Shown: positions 47,848 through 58,032, numbered from the stretch's first letter. The stretch: 64,000 nt of DNA from Clostridia bacterium (GCA_017398585.1 JAFQFS010000170.1:7043-71042); one strand, 5' to 3'. The notes: generated by a model not told the origin, from the letters alone. Numbers and translations are program-made.

Positions 47848-48774
47848 ATGACAGAATTGTTTGAATTATATAAGAGAAATTTCCCGTTTGTTGTCAGGGA
47901 AGAACGGAAGGTTCTGGATATTCTCGGGGATCCGGACAACCGGATTCTGGAAAAACGGAATGCGGACGGCGCGCTGAACGGCGCGTGCGTGGTGCATAAA
48001 AATACAGTTTATATGCTCTGTGTGGATCGGGAATACCGTGGATGCGGGATCGGCTCGGATCTGCTCCGGCAGGCGGAAGCGTTTATTCGTGATGCAGGGT
48101 ATGAGGACGTTTCGGTCGGTGCGGGAGATACGTATCTCGCGCCGGGCGTGCCGACGTCCTGTCCGGTCTGCACGGAGGAGGACTATGCCGGACGCGGTGT
48201 CGAACAGCTGTACGGCGGTCTGACGGACGGCGCGGCGGAATTTTTCCGGAAGCGAGGGTACGTTCATTCGTGGGGGAACTGCGACTGCTTCGACATGCGC
48301 TTCCCGCTTACAGAATTTGTATCCGACGGGCATTCCGTCGGAGATACAGTCGACGGGATTACGTACCGGTTCGCGTCGGCGGAGGACATCACGGAAATAA
48401 AAAAATGCACGGACGACGCGCATGAGAATTTCACGAAATATTATCTGGACACGAGCAAATACGACGGTTCGAACGGAGAACGCGTCCTGATCGCCGTCGA
48501 TGCGGCGGACGGAACGACGGTCTGCGGCACGCTGATCGTCTGCGCGGAAACGGAAGGGAAGGGTCTCGGCAGTGTCGGCTGTACGACTGTACGGCATGAT
48601 TACCGCGGACGGCATATTGCGGTGAATATGGTGCGGATCGGGACGGGATATCTGAAGGAAATCGGTCTGACCGACGCATACCTCGGTTACACCTATACCG
48701 GTCTCGACCGGCTGTACGGATACTCGGGATACAAGATTTGTACGTATTATATGATGGCGAAGAAACAACTGTAA
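47848..48774 (+). CDS. GNAT family N-acetyltransferase (two tandem GNAT-like domains)
   Basis: 308 aa; acetyl-CoA loop-like YRGCGIGSDLL and YRGRHIAVNMV. Confidence 0.7.
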   Translation: MTELFELYKRNFPFVVREERKVLDILGDPDNRILEKRNADGALNGACVVHKNTVYMLCVDREYRGCGIGSDLLRQAEAFIRDAGYEDVSVGAGDTYLAPGVPTSCPVCTEEDYAGRGVEQLYGGLTDGAAEFFRKRGYVHSWGNCDCFDMRFPLTEFVSDGHSVGDTVDGITYRFASAEDITEIKKCTDDAHENFTKYYLDTSKYDGSNGERVLIAVDAADGTTVCGTLIVCAETEGKGLGSVGCTTVRHDYRGRHIAVNMVRIGTGYLKEIGLTDAYLGYTYTGLDRLYGYSGYKICTYYMMAKKQL

Positions 48775-48944
48775 GTCCACATTTGCATCGCTGTACAATG
48801 TAACAGCCGAGGAGAAGAGCCACGTAAATAAATTAAGCTGCGCTTATTTTTTGTTCAGTATCTGCTTTCTGGACTTTCATGTAGTTGTTAGCTATAATAA
48901 AGCCAACAAAAGCGCTTTTGAATTTATTGAATGAGGTAACACAC

Positions 48945-50060
48945 ATGACAATTGGTACAAAAATCAAAAAACTCCGACGTGAACGCGATATGACACAGGA
49001 AGACCTTGCGGAAGCTCTCGGAATTTCAGCCGCATCCGTCAGCCAGTGGGAGTGTGATAAAACCGCGCCTGATATCTCCCAGCTCCCTGTACTTTCGAAT
49101 ATTTTTGATGTGACAACGGACTTTCTTCTCGGTGTGGATGTGACGAACAAGGAAAAGGAGATTGATACGATTCTCGAAACCGCTTATAAGCATCACTCTG
49201 CGGGACATGCTGAACGTGCAGTCCCGATTCTCGAAGATGCGCTTAAGAAATACCCCACATCGCACAAAATCATGTACAGGCTTTCCAGTGCTTACAGTGC
49301 CTGTGTACGTCAGCTTGAGATTGTTGACGACGAAGATACACGCACCCACTACAGAAACGAAGTAATCCGTCTCTGCGAGAAAATCCGTGCAGAATCCACC
49401 GACGATCAGCTCAGACTACACTGTTCTCAGCTTCTCTGCTACACTTACGAAGCTCTCGGAATGACGGATAAAATCCGAGAACTGGCAAAAGGTCAGGCTG
49501 ATCTCTGGATCTGCTCGGAAGATTACATGATCTGCGCTTCAAAAGGTGTTGAGAGATTCTTAAGACGCCGAAATTTTGTGATGTCAATGGTCGATTTCAT
49601 CCGTCAACAACTCGAAAGAATACAGTACGGCCGCAATGACGACGGCAGTATGATGTTTTCCGTGGAAGAACGCATTGAAATCATGAAAAAGATTCCCGCC
49701 ATGTTCAAGCTGTTCATTGACGACGGCAATTATGGCTTCTACGAAGAACGCATGGCTCTCAACGGAATCGAGCTGAGCGAGCTTTATGCCGCTGCGGGAG
49801 ACTGCGGAAATACGCTTTCCTGCCTTGAATCCGCCGCAGTTTGGGCTGTTCACACTGATACCGAATACGATCCTGACGGAACTTATACTGCACTTCTTCT
49901 GCGCGGTAAAAGATTCGGCGGAGTCAGCTTTAATTCACATAAAAACCTCTGTGCCCAGATTCTCGATGAACTGAACGAATCCGTCTTCGATTTCGTACGC
50001 GAAAATCCGCGATTCACCGCAGTAATCGAACAGCTCAAGCCTCACGCCGCAGAGAGATAA
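48945..50060 (+). CDS. XRE family HTH transcriptional regulator with about 300-aa helical C-terminal domain
   Basis: 371 aa from ATG at 48945 (GAGGT RBS); N-terminal IKKLRRERDMTQEDLAEALGISAASVSQWE HTH; paralogue of 56645-57802. Confidence 0.8.
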   Translation: MTIGTKIKKLRRERDMTQEDLAEALGISAASVSQWECDKTAPDISQLPVLSNIFDVTTDFLLGVDVTNKEKEIDTILETAYKHHSAGHAERAVPILEDALKKYPTSHKIMYRLSSAYSACVRQLEIVDDEDTRTHYRNEVIRLCEKIRAESTDDQLRLHCSQLLCYTYEALGMTDKIRELAKGQADLWICSEDYMICASKGVERFLRRRNFVMSMVDFIRQQLERIQYGRNDDGSMMFSVEERIEIMKKIPAMFKLFIDDGNYGFYEERMALNGIELSELYAAAGDCGNTLSCLESAAVWAVHTDTEYDPDGTYTALLLRGKRFGGVSFNSHKNLCAQILDELNESVFDFVRENPRFTAVIEQLKPHAAER

Positions 50061-50138
50061 TCTGTAACTGACTGATTATTGTTCATTCTCTGCACAATCC
50101 TCTCCGATGCGGAACATTTGAAAAAGAGAATAAAGAAA

Positions 50139-50225
50139 TCCCCTTTCCATCCTAAAAAGGTTTGGGAAAGGGGCTCGGGGGAAACCTTTTCCTTAAAAAG
50201 GTTTCCCCCGAAAACTTTATTTGCT
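50139..50225. repeat. NPR repeat, solo unit (flank/flank' mini-hairpin + main hairpin)
   Basis: CCCCTTTCCATCCTAAAAAGGTTTGGGAAAGGGG + CGGGGGAAACCTTTTCCTTAAAAAGGTTTCCCCCG + outer arm AAAACTTTATTTGC. Confidence 0.9.
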
Positions 50226-50227
50226 AA

Positions 50228-50593
50228 TCATTCAAAATCCTTCGAAGCGATCAGGTTGATGCCTTCTTCGATGAAGTTTTCCACAAGAACGTCGCCGGTC
50301 TTTACGGGAGCGGTAACAACCGTTCTGCGGACGATTTCCATTGCTTCGAACAGGGTCGGGCGCGGGATGGGCTTGTCCGTACGGACGGGGAGCATCTTCG
50401 CGCCGTCTTTGGTCTGAACGGTCACGGTCGAGGTGAGCGTGCGGACGGGGTTGGTGACTTCGCTGATCGCATAGGTCTTGCCGCGCGGACAGGTCTGACC
50501 GGTCACGTCGATGATCTGGTTGTTTTCGTCAAGCGTTACGGTGACTTTGCAGCCTGCCGGGCAGACGACACATGTTAATTCCTTAGTAATCAT
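50228..50593 (-). CDS. DUF1667 domain-containing protein
   Basis: 121 aa; Cys-rich VVCPAGCKVTV...CPRG; third gene of the glpA-like oxidoreductase operon typical of Clostridia. Confidence 0.8.
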   Translation of the reverse strand: MITKELTCVVCPAGCKVTVTLDENNQIIDVTGQTCPRGKTYAISEVTNPVRTLTSTVTVQTKDGAKMLPVRTDKPIPRPTLFEAMEIVRRTVVTAPVKTGDVLVENFIEEGINLIASKDFE

Positions 50594-51882
50594 TTGCTGC
50601 CTCCGAGTTCACGTAAATAAACGGTGATCTTCTTGTCTTCGGATGCCGCGAGGGCTGCGACCTTGTCCGCCGGGATCTCGAGAGATTCCATTTCGCCCGG
50701 TGCGACCGCGCTCTTTGCCTTCTTCACGAGAACTTCGCCGGATTCGGATTCGATCACGAGCTGAACCTTCTTGTAAACGTCGGTGACGCGGAAGAAGACA
50801 CGTACCGCTTCCGCGGTTTCGGTGATGTCGATGCGTTCCGGAACGGTGTAGCGTACGCCGAAACCGGTGGTGACTTTCACGGACTTCACGGTCTTTTCGG
50901 TTTCGCCGAGGATCGTCGCTGCCGCGTGGGTACCCGCGATGTCCGCTTCTTCGGAAACGTAGTCAACGAGGTCGTGTACGTGCAGAACGTTGCCACAGGC
51001 GTAGATGCCGGCTGCTTCGGTTTCGCGGAACTGGTTGACCGCCGCACCGTTGGTCATGCGGTCGAGGGAAATGCCCGCACCGGTGGTCAGTTCGTTTTCC
51101 GGAATCAGACCGACGGAGAGGAGCAGGGTGTCGCATTCGATGTATTCTTCGGTACCCGGGATCGGCTTTCTGCCGTTCGCTTCGTCCACCTTCGCGATGG
51201 TGACACCGGTCACACGTTCCTTACCGTGGATTTCGGTTACGGTGTGGGACAGACGGAGCGGAATGCCGAAATCGTCAAGGCACTGTACGATGTTTCGTGC
51301 AAGGCCGCCGGAGTAGGGCATGAGTTCGCAGACGGTCAGAACCTTCGCGCCTTCGAGGGTCATGCGGCGTGCCATGATGAGGCCGATGTCACCGGAACCG
51401 AGGATGACCACGCGGTTGCCGGGCATGAAGCCTTCAATGTTAATGTATCTCTGTGCACAGCCGGCGGTGTAAACGCCTGCCGGACGGGTCCCCGGAATGT
51501 TCAGCGCACCGCGGGTACGTTCGCGGCATCCCATCGCGAGGATGACGGCGTCGGCGGTCGCGGTGACGTAGCCGAGTTCGGGGGAAACGAAGGTCACCTG
51601 ACGGTCGTTCGTCAGACCGAGAACCATGCAGTTGGTCATGATCGGGATGTTCGCTTCGCGTGCCATCTGAATGTAGCGTCCCGCGTATTCGGGACCGGAG
51701 AGTTCTTCGCCGAAGCGGTGGAGACCGAAACCGGCGTGGATGCACTGGTTCAGGATGCCGCCCGGTTCGCTGTCACGTTCGAGAACGAGAACGTCGTCGG
51801 GAGAAAGTCCGCGCTTTACTGCGGCACATGCGGCTGCAAGACCCGCCGGGCCGCCGCCGATGATGATTAATTTCTTATGCAT
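50590..51882 (-). CDS. FAD/NAD(P)-binding pyridine nucleotide-disulfide oxidoreductase
   Basis: 430 aa from ATG at 51882 (GGGAGG RBS); dinucleotide motifs LIIIGGGPAGLAAA and VVILGSGDIGL. Confidence 0.85.
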   Translation of the reverse strand: MHKKLIIIGGGPAGLAAACAAVKRGLSPDDVLVLERDSEPGGILNQCIHAGFGLHRFGEELSGPEYAGRYIQMAREANIPIMTNCMVLGLTNDRQVTFVSPELGYVTATADAVILAMGCRERTRGALNIPGTRPAGVYTAGCAQRYINIEGFMPGNRVVILGSGDIGLIMARRMTLEGAKVLTVCELMPYSGGLARNIVQCLDDFGIPLRLSHTVTEIHGKERVTGVTIAKVDEANGRKPIPGTEEYIECDTLLLSVGLIPENELTTGAGISLDRMTNGAAVNQFRETEAAGIYACGNVLHVHDLVDYVSEEADIAGTHAAATILGETEKTVKSVKVTTGFGVRYTVPERIDITETAEAVRVFFRVTDVYKKVQLVIESESGEVLVKKAKSAVAPGEMESLEIPADKVAALAASEDKKITVYLRELGGSK

Positions 51883-51883
51883 T

Positions 51884-53338
51884 TCAGTTACCTCCCTTGC
51901 GCTTTTCAACAAGCCAGGAACCGCCGCCGCACTTGGTCACGGTGTCGAGTGCCTTAGCCGTTTCGCGTGCGATCAGGTCAGCGACTCTCGGGGAACAGAA
52001 ACCGCCCTGACAGCGGCCCATGCCGGCACGGAGACGCTTCTTGATCATGTCGATCGTGGTTGCGGGGATCGGACCGTGGATGGCGTCGATGATGTCGCCT
52101 TCGGTGACGGTTTCGCAGCGGCAGATGATGCGACCGTATGCGGGATCCTTTTTGCAGATCTCGACTTTTTCTTCGTCGGTCATGTTGTGGAACTGCTTGT
52201 GGTTGCCGTCCGCACGTCTGGTGGGGATGTAGTCGTCACGGTCTTCGAGCTTGAGACCTGCGTCTTCGAGGAGTCCGACGAGGTATTCCGCCGTTGCCGG
52301 GGAGGACGCGAATCCGGGGGATTCCACGCCGACCGCATGAACGACGTTCGGGAGCTGTTCGGAATTCTTGATGTAGAAGTCGTACGTATTCGGGGTTGCG
52401 CGGACGCCTGCGAAGGACGTGATCGCCATTCTGGTGTTGACGGTGGGCATGAGAAGGTGCGCGCCGGTGGTGATTTCTTCGAGACCGGGAGCGGTCGTGC
52501 TGCGGTCACCGCCGTCTTCGATCGGGTACGCATTCGGGCCGATGAGAAGGTTGCCGTGAACGGTCGGGCTGACAAGGATACCCTTGCCGCGTTCGGACGG
52601 GCAGACGAAGAGGGTGGAGTTTGCCATATTGCCGCAGACCTTGTCGAGGACGATATATTCGCCGCGGCGAGGGGTGATGGTGATCGGGAAATTGTTTTCG
52701 CCGAGAAGTTCCGCAACGTGAGCGGAGTTTACGCCGGCGCAGTTGACGATGTAGCGTGCCGCGATGGTGTCGGTACCGTTGGAAATATAGTAAACGTCAC
52801 CGGCTCTGGACGCGCCGATCACCTTGAAATTGAAATAGAAATGGACGCCGTTGGTGACTGCGTTGTCCGCAGCGGCGATGGTGAGACCGTAGGGGCAGGT
52901 GATGCCTGCGGACGGAGCCCAGAGGGACGCAGTCGCTTCGGAGGAGATGTTCGGCTCCATACGGCGGAGCTCATCCTGTCCGATGATGCGCATACCCGGA
53001 ACGCCGTTGGTAACGCCGCGGTCGTAGAGTTCCTGAAGGGTTTTCATGTCACCTTCACCGAAGCCGACAACATGGGAGCCGCATTCACGGAGCGGAACTC
53101 CGAGCTGTTTTGCGAGGTCTTTCATGAGGCTGTTGCCGCGGACGTTGAGCTTTGCTTTGAGGGTGCCGGGCTTTGCGTCGTAGCCTGCGTGAACGATGGC
53201 GGAGTTGGCACAGGTCGCGCCCATGGCAACGTCACATCCGGCATCAGCAACTGCTACGGAGCAGTTTTTGGTCGAGAGCAGACGTGCGGTCATGACGCCG
53301 GTACAGCCTGCACCGATAATCAGTACGTCGTAGATCAT
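51884..53338 (-). CDS. FAD-dependent oxidoreductase (anaerobic glycerol-3-phosphate dehydrogenase GlpA-like) with BFD-like [2Fe-2S] domain
   Basis: 484 aa from ATG at 53338 (AGGAG RBS); DVLIIGAGCTGV FAD motif; C-terminal CRCETVTEGDIIDAI ... CQGGFC. Confidence 0.85.
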   Translation of the reverse strand: MIYDVLIIGAGCTGVMTARLLSTKNCSVAVADAGCDVAMGATCANSAIVHAGYDAKPGTLKAKLNVRGNSLMKDLAKQLGVPLRECGSHVVGFGEGDMKTLQELYDRGVTNGVPGMRIIGQDELRRMEPNISSEATASLWAPSAGITCPYGLTIAAADNAVTNGVHFYFNFKVIGASRAGDVYYISNGTDTIAARYIVNCAGVNSAHVAELLGENNFPITITPRRGEYIVLDKVCGNMANSTLFVCPSERGKGILVSPTVHGNLLIGPNAYPIEDGGDRSTTAPGLEEITTGAHLLMPTVNTRMAITSFAGVRATPNTYDFYIKNSEQLPNVVHAVGVESPGFASSPATAEYLVGLLEDAGLKLEDRDDYIPTRRADGNHKQFHNMTDEEKVEICKKDPAYGRIICRCETVTEGDIIDAIHGPIPATTIDMIKKRLRAGMGRCQGGFCSPRVADLIARETAKALDTVTKCGGGSWLVEKRKGGN

Positions 53339-53513
53339 ATGTAAATTCTCCTGAGTCTGACGGCCGGCGGGATCGGGGCGCATTGCGGGACGGATCCGGT
53401 ACGGCCATTCTTATTCACTTTAGTATAACACAAATAATTATGCAATACAACAAAAATCGAAAAAAAATTGTTGGCAATAGTGACAAAAATACATACTTTT
53501 TATAAGGACAGTA

Positions 53514-53542
53514 TTGTATTTATAAAAGAATTATGATAAAAT
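53514..53542 (+). promoter_or_regulatory. candidate promoter for moxR
   Basis: TTGTAT, 17-nt spacer, TAAAAT. Confidence 0.35.
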
Positions 53543-53638
53543 ATTCTGTAATAATAGAATGTCAGACTACACTTGACGTTCGGTACATTCAGGTATTCAA
53601 ATTTTTTGGAGGAAGCGGTCAAACCCGCAGAAAAAATT

Positions 53639-54613
53639 ATGGCAAACGAAAACAGAATTGAAGTAAACGAAACCTCTTACAAGGCCGCGCAGGCTCTGAT
53701 CGCGGAAGTGGAAAAGGTTGTCATCGGTAAGCACAACGAGATCGTTCTCCTCGTTACGGCAATGCTTTCCGGCGGTCACGTACTGATCGAAGACGTACCG
53801 GGTACCGGTAAAACGACCGTTGCGGCTGCGCTTTCCAAGGCGGCCGGTCTCGACTTCAACCGTGCACAGTTTACTCCTGACGTTATGGCGTCCGACATCA
53901 CCGGCTTCAACGTATACAACCGTCAGAAGGAAGAATTCGAATTCCGTGAAGGTCTTGTTATGACGAACATCCTTCTCGCGGACGAAATCAACCGTGCCTC
54001 CCCGAAGACTCAGTCCGCGCTCCTTGAAGCGATGGAAGAAGCAAAGGTCACCGTCGACGGCACGACCTACCGTGTTCCGGACCCGTTTATGGTTATCGCA
54101 ACCCAGAACCCGACCGGTTACGTCGGTACCTACCCCCTCCCGGAAGCACAGCTCGACCGTTTCGCAATGCGTCTCTCGATGGGCTATCCGTCCGAAGAAG
54201 AAGAAATCAACATCATCTCTGACCGCCGCGGCGTGAACCCGCTCGACAAGGTCAACGCGATCACCAGCGTTGAAACCATCCGCGGCATCCGTGCAGCTGT
54301 TCAGAACGTTGCACTCGAACCCGAAATCTGCCGCTACATCGTTCAGCTTATCCACGCGACCCGTAAGTCCACCAAGCTCTCCCTCGGTGCTTCTCCGCGT
54401 GCATCCCTCCTTCTCATGAAGCTGTCCCAGGCGTACGCGTTCCTCCGCGGCCGTGATTACGTCCTCCCCGAAGACATCGCGTTCGTCTTCACCCCCGGTA
54501 TCGCTCACCGTATCGTCCTCTCCCAGGAAGCGCGCCTCAACCGCGAATCCCAGACCGACATCCTCTCCGAAATCCTCCGCACCGTTGAAGTGCCTTACAC
54601 GACCAAGAGATAA
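53639..54613 (+). CDS. MoxR family AAA+ ATPase
   Basis: 324 aa from ATG at 53639; Walker A PGTGKTT, Walker B LLADEINRA; start uncertain (TTG 53573 possible). Confidence 0.9.
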   Translation: MANENRIEVNETSYKAAQALIAEVEKVVIGKHNEIVLLVTAMLSGGHVLIEDVPGTGKTTVAAALSKAAGLDFNRAQFTPDVMASDITGFNVYNRQKEEFEFREGLVMTNILLADEINRASPKTQSALLEAMEEAKVTVDGTTYRVPDPFMVIATQNPTGYVGTYPLPEAQLDRFAMRLSMGYPSEEEEINIISDRRGVNPLDKVNAITSVETIRGIRAAVQNVALEPEICRYIVQLIHATRKSTKLSLGASPRASLLLMKLSQAYAFLRGRDYVLPEDIAFVFTPGIAHRIVLSQEARLNRESQTDILSEILRTVEVPYTTKR

Positions 54614-54666
54614 GGGGAGGATCGGAGAAACCTTTTTGCAAAAAGGTTTCCCCAGTAACCTCCTAA
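54614..54666. repeat. NPR hairpin-only copy between the convergent moxR and ACT genes
   Basis: GGAGAAACCTTTTTGCAAAAAGGTTTCCCC enclosed by GGAGG / CCTCC; no flank module; abuts both stop codons. Confidence 0.8.
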
Positions 54667-55146
54667 TTACAGTACAATATCAAAATTTTCATAAAGCGCT
54701 TCGGCCGCGCGGTCGGCGTCTGCCGTGCGGATCAGCATGGAGATCTTGATTTCACTGGTGGAAATATTGATGATCTGCACACCCGCATCCCAGAGGCAGC
54801 GGAACACCTTCGCCGCAACTCCCGGTTTGCCCTGCATTCCGACGCCCGACACCATCAGCTTCACGGCATCCGTGTCGATCTCGATTTCCGTCTCCGGCGA
54901 ATCCGCAAATTCCTTTTCCAGCACTTCCTTTGTACGCGCCGCGTCGACCTGATGCACGGTGAAAATGATGTCGCCGCTGATGTGTCCGGTCGAGGTCTGG
55001 AGGATGATGTCCACGTCCACGCCCGCTTCCGCCAGAGCGTTGAACGTGTAGTACGCAATGCCCATCTTCACCGGCGGGTTCTTTATGTATACGATCGCAA
55101 TGTCGTCGTCACGGCTGATGACGCTTACGCCGATTCCTGAATCCAT
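54667..55146 (-). CDS. ACT domain-containing protein (aspartokinase regulatory-domain-like)
   Basis: 159 aa with two ACT-like repeats (MGIAYYTFNALAEAGVDVD, PGVAAKVFRCLWDAGVQI); downstream of hom. Confidence 0.8.
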   Translation of the reverse strand: MDSGIGVSVISRDDDIAIVYIKNPPVKMGIAYYTFNALAEAGVDVDIILQTSTGHISGDIIFTVHQVDAARTKEVLEKEFADSPETEIEIDTDAVKLMVSGVGMQGKPGVAAKVFRCLWDAGVQIINISTSEIKISMLIRTADADRAAEALYENFDIVL

Positions 55147-55199
55147 AAACAGTATCTCCTTAATCCATTGGGGTTAGTACCGAAAATTTCCGTTTTCGC

Positions 55200-56414
55200 T
55201 CAGTCCAGCACGCGGATGACAGATTCGATGCCTGCAAACTGTGCGCGGATCTTATCCGTTTCCGGCTTCGTGAGCTTTCCGGTAATCACTTCGACCACGC
55301 CCGCTTCGTCCGAGAGAACTTCCGTTCCTTCGCAGTACGCCGCAAGGGCTTCGCAGAGTTCGCTTCTGCCCGAGTTTGCACGGATATAGCAGCGGAACCC
55401 AATCTCGTCAAACAGCTTCACAGAACCTTCTGCCTTTTCGAAAACCGGAATACGTTCCGCCTTCGCCGCACCGGAGAGAACCGCACAGACGTCCGCAACA
55501 ACCGCACCGGCGGTGGGAAGACGTCCCGCACCGCGTCCGTAGAACATCACATCACCGGTAACCGGGCTGGTGATCGAAATGCCGTTGTACACATCGGTGA
55601 TATGCGCGAGAGAACAGGACCACGGCACAAACATCGGGCAGACGTGCGCCTGAATTCCGTCGTCAGCGATCACAGAACCCGCGATCAGCTTGACTGCGCC
55701 GCCCCATTTTTCCGCCGCGCGAATATCTTCAACCGTCACGTTACGGAGCGTTTCCGTGAAAACGTCGGTGTCGGAAACGAGTTTTCCGGACGCAAGCGCG
55801 GTCAGGATCATGATCTTGCGCTTCGCGTCGATCCCGTCGATGTCCGCGGAGGGGTCACGTTCCGCATAGCCGAGAACCTGCGCTTCCGCGAGAACGTCGT
55901 CAAACGTCCGGTTTTCGGTTTTCATCTTAGTCAATATATAGTTCGTTGTGCCGTTGAGTATGCCGTTGACGGAAGAAATCCGGTCGCCGGCCAGTGCAGT
56001 GTTGATGCCGCGGATCACCGGGATGCCGCCGCCGACACTTGCCTCAAACATATACATCACGCCGTTTTCGCGCGCGCATTCGAGCAGCTCCACGCCGAAC
56101 GTCGCAACGACTTCCTTGTTGGAAGTCACAACGGATTTTCCCGCCTTCATGCAGGCAACGGAATATTCAAACGCCGGATGGGAACCACCCATCGTTTCGC
56201 AGACCAGTTCCACGGAATCGTCCGCAAGAATCGGGTCGATCGTGTGAACCACACGGTCCGCGTAGGGGGAGTCCGGAAAATCGCGCAGGTCGAGAATGTA
56301 TTTCACACACACGTCATCGCCCACAGCCGCGCGGATCTTTGCACAGTTTTCTTCAATGACGGTCGTAATGCCGCCGCCTACCACGCCGTAGCCGATGACC
56401 GCAATGTTTTTCAT
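55200..56414 (-). CDS. hom: Homoserine dehydrogenase
   Basis: 404 aa; NAD motif IAVIGYGVVGGG, catalytic domain and C-terminal ACT-like domain. Confidence 0.92.
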   Translation of the reverse strand: MKNIAVIGYGVVGGGITTVIEENCAKIRAAVGDDVCVKYILDLRDFPDSPYADRVVHTIDPILADDSVELVCETMGGSHPAFEYSVACMKAGKSVVTSNKEVVATFGVELLECARENGVMYMFEASVGGGIPVIRGINTALAGDRISSVNGILNGTTNYILTKMKTENRTFDDVLAEAQVLGYAERDPSADIDGIDAKRKIMILTALASGKLVSDTDVFTETLRNVTVEDIRAAEKWGGAVKLIAGSVIADDGIQAHVCPMFVPWSCSLAHITDVYNGISITSPVTGDVMFYGRGAGRLPTAGAVVADVCAVLSGAAKAERIPVFEKAEGSVKLFDEIGFRCYIRANSGRSELCEALAAYCEGTEVLSDEAGVVEVITGKLTKPETDKIRAQFAGIESVIRVLD

Positions 56415-56547
56415 ACCATATATACCATTCCCCGCCGGAAAAAATACACGGTCGGAGAAATTTCCTTTCCACGTTCACTTTGGTTTTTTCTATTATTCGC
56501 TATAGATTTATCTTATCGCAATACGGAATATAAAACCATGATAGTAT

Positions 56548-56576
56548 ATCATATCACAGTACACAGGAAATTACAA
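56548..56576 (-). promoter_or_regulatory. candidate promoter for hom
   Basis: Minus strand TTGTAA, 17-nt spacer, TATGAT. Confidence 0.45.
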
Positions 56577-56588
56577 GCTATTTTCATG

Positions 56589-56638
56589 AAAAAAGCAGTC
56601 ATTTTCCCCGGAAATCCCGAAGAAAAGGCTGCTTTTTT
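56589..56638 (-). terminator. rho-independent (bidirectional-type) terminator after the XRE regulator
   Basis: AAAAAAGCAG / CTGCTTTTTT outer stem with inner UUUUC/GAAAA and CGG/CCG pairs; starts 6 nt after the stop codon. Confidence 0.65.
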
Positions 56639-56644
56639 CCCTGT

Positions 56645-57802
56645 TTATTCAATTTCCGCAATTTTTTCTTTCAGCGCGAGATACTGCGGATGCCCCGCAA
56701 GTTCCGCGAATTCGTCCCCGCCGATCAGGTTCCGCAGGCGGTTCCCGAGGTACGAATACTCCGCATCGCCGTCGTAGCCGTAGCCGAACTCGCAGTCACG
56801 CAGGAGGGGGATGTCAAGTTCCTTCTTTTTGTTGAAATCCTTCGCCTGCGCAAAGAGGAAATCCACGCCCTGTTCAAGCAGATCGAGTGCCCTCTCCGGC
56901 TGTCCGAGCTTCATCCGGCAGACCGCCGGGAACCGGTACAGCGGATACGCGCTGTACTGGAACGGCGGACGGTATTTTTCCTCCCGGTACAACGCGTCGA
57001 GCATATCCCGCACGAAATCGTAGCAGTACAGCGCGTCTTCGTAATATCCCCCGTTCATGTACAGATTCCCCTGCATGATCGCCTGATGCCCGAGCTGATC
57101 CGCCAGTTCGCGGATGTTCCAGCACTGCTGCTGCCGCTGTTTTTCCGTTTCCCCTGCGGAATAATGCAGACCGGCTTTCCGGATTCCGCGTACATCGCGC
57201 ACATCAGCCGGAAACGCATCCGTCAGTGCAAACGCCGCCTTCCAATTCTTCTGCCGGACGTGAATGTCCATCAGCCGCGTTTTCGCGGACAGCACATCGT
57301 CAACGGACGAGCTGTACTTGATAACCAGTTCCGCCCACCGGATCATTTCTTCCGTCAGGCTGTCCAGCCCTTCTTGCCCGATCAGTTCTCTCAGTTCCCG
57401 CTCATTGCAGCTCATCACCATCTCCGCGAACGCCATCGCGTTGACATAAAATTCCGGATGGTTCGGATACAGCCGCATCGCTTCGCGGTATTTGTCAAGA
57501 ATAATCAGCGCTGTCGGACCTTCTTCGCCGTCCGGACAGTTGTCCGACATCCGGAAGACTTCCTCCAGACGTGCGCGTACTTCCGCTTCGTGATCCGTGC
57601 CGTGGATTCCGAACAACACGTCCGTCGGCACGCCGAACAGGTTCGCCAGCGGCACGACCTGCGAGATGTCCGGCATGCTTGTGTCACTCTCCCATTTGGA
57701 CACCGCCGGTGCGGAAATATTCAGCTGTTCCGCCAGCTCCTCCTGCGTGAGATTTTTCTCCTTCCGCAGACGCCTGATGATCTGCCCCATCGTTTCTGTC
57801 AT
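56645..57802 (-). CDS. XRE family HTH transcriptional regulator with about 310-aa helical C-terminal domain
   Basis: 385 aa from ATG at 57802; N-terminal IIRRLRKEKNLTQEELAEQLNISAPAVSKWE HTH, very similar to 48945-50060. Confidence 0.8.
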   Translation of the reverse strand: MTETMGQIIRRLRKEKNLTQEELAEQLNISAPAVSKWESDTSMPDISQVVPLANLFGVPTDVLFGIHGTDHEAEVRARLEEVFRMSDNCPDGEEGPTALIILDKYREAMRLYPNHPEFYVNAMAFAEMVMSCNERELRELIGQEGLDSLTEEMIRWAELVIKYSSSVDDVLSAKTRLMDIHVRQKNWKAAFALTDAFPADVRDVRGIRKAGLHYSAGETEKQRQQQCWNIRELADQLGHQAIMQGNLYMNGGYYEDALYCYDFVRDMLDALYREEKYRPPFQYSAYPLYRFPAVCRMKLGQPERALDLLEQGVDFLFAQAKDFNKKKELDIPLLRDCEFGYGYDGDAEYSYLGNRLRNLIGGDEFAELAGHPQYLALKEKIAEIE

Positions 57803-57804
57803 AT

Positions 57805-57875
57805 CAAATGTACTTTTCCGTGGGAAACTTTTTTGAAAAAAAGTTTCCCACGGACCCCTTTCAAAAAACTTCAGA
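57805..57875. repeat. NPR repeat, solo unit abutting the XRE regulator start codon
   Basis: CCGTGGGAAACTTTTTTGAAAAAAAGTTTCCCACGG hairpin (GTGGG/CCCAC variant) + flank ACCCCTTTCAAAAAACTTCAG. Confidence 0.9.
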
Positions 57876-58032
57876 CAAAAAATTTGATTGAGTATTCCGG
57901 TACCGTTACATACAGTATACCGCATTTTCTGCGGAAACGGAAGACCTTCAAACGAAACGAAAACTTAACTGAAGGTTAAGTCCGCACAAAAACAAAGGAT
58001 TTCCAGCGTCAGAGCGTCCGGAAATCCCAGAT

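Noticed and set aside
47848-50060. The adjacent GNAT acetyltransferase + XRE regulator pair as a GNAT-type toxin-antitoxin module.
   Set aside because: GNAT toxins of TA systems are single-domain proteins of about 160-180 aa, paired with small (about 90 aa) antitoxins encoded upstream and overlapping. Here the GNAT is a 308-aa double-domain protein, the regulator is 371 aa, and the two are separated by 170 bp with separate promoter-like signals.
50079-50417. The 112-aa ORF downstream of the XRE regulator as a candidate signalling pro-peptide.
   Set aside because: It starts at TTG without an RBS, reads through an NPR repeat and then runs antisense to the DUF1667 gene. It has no signal-peptide-like N-terminus.
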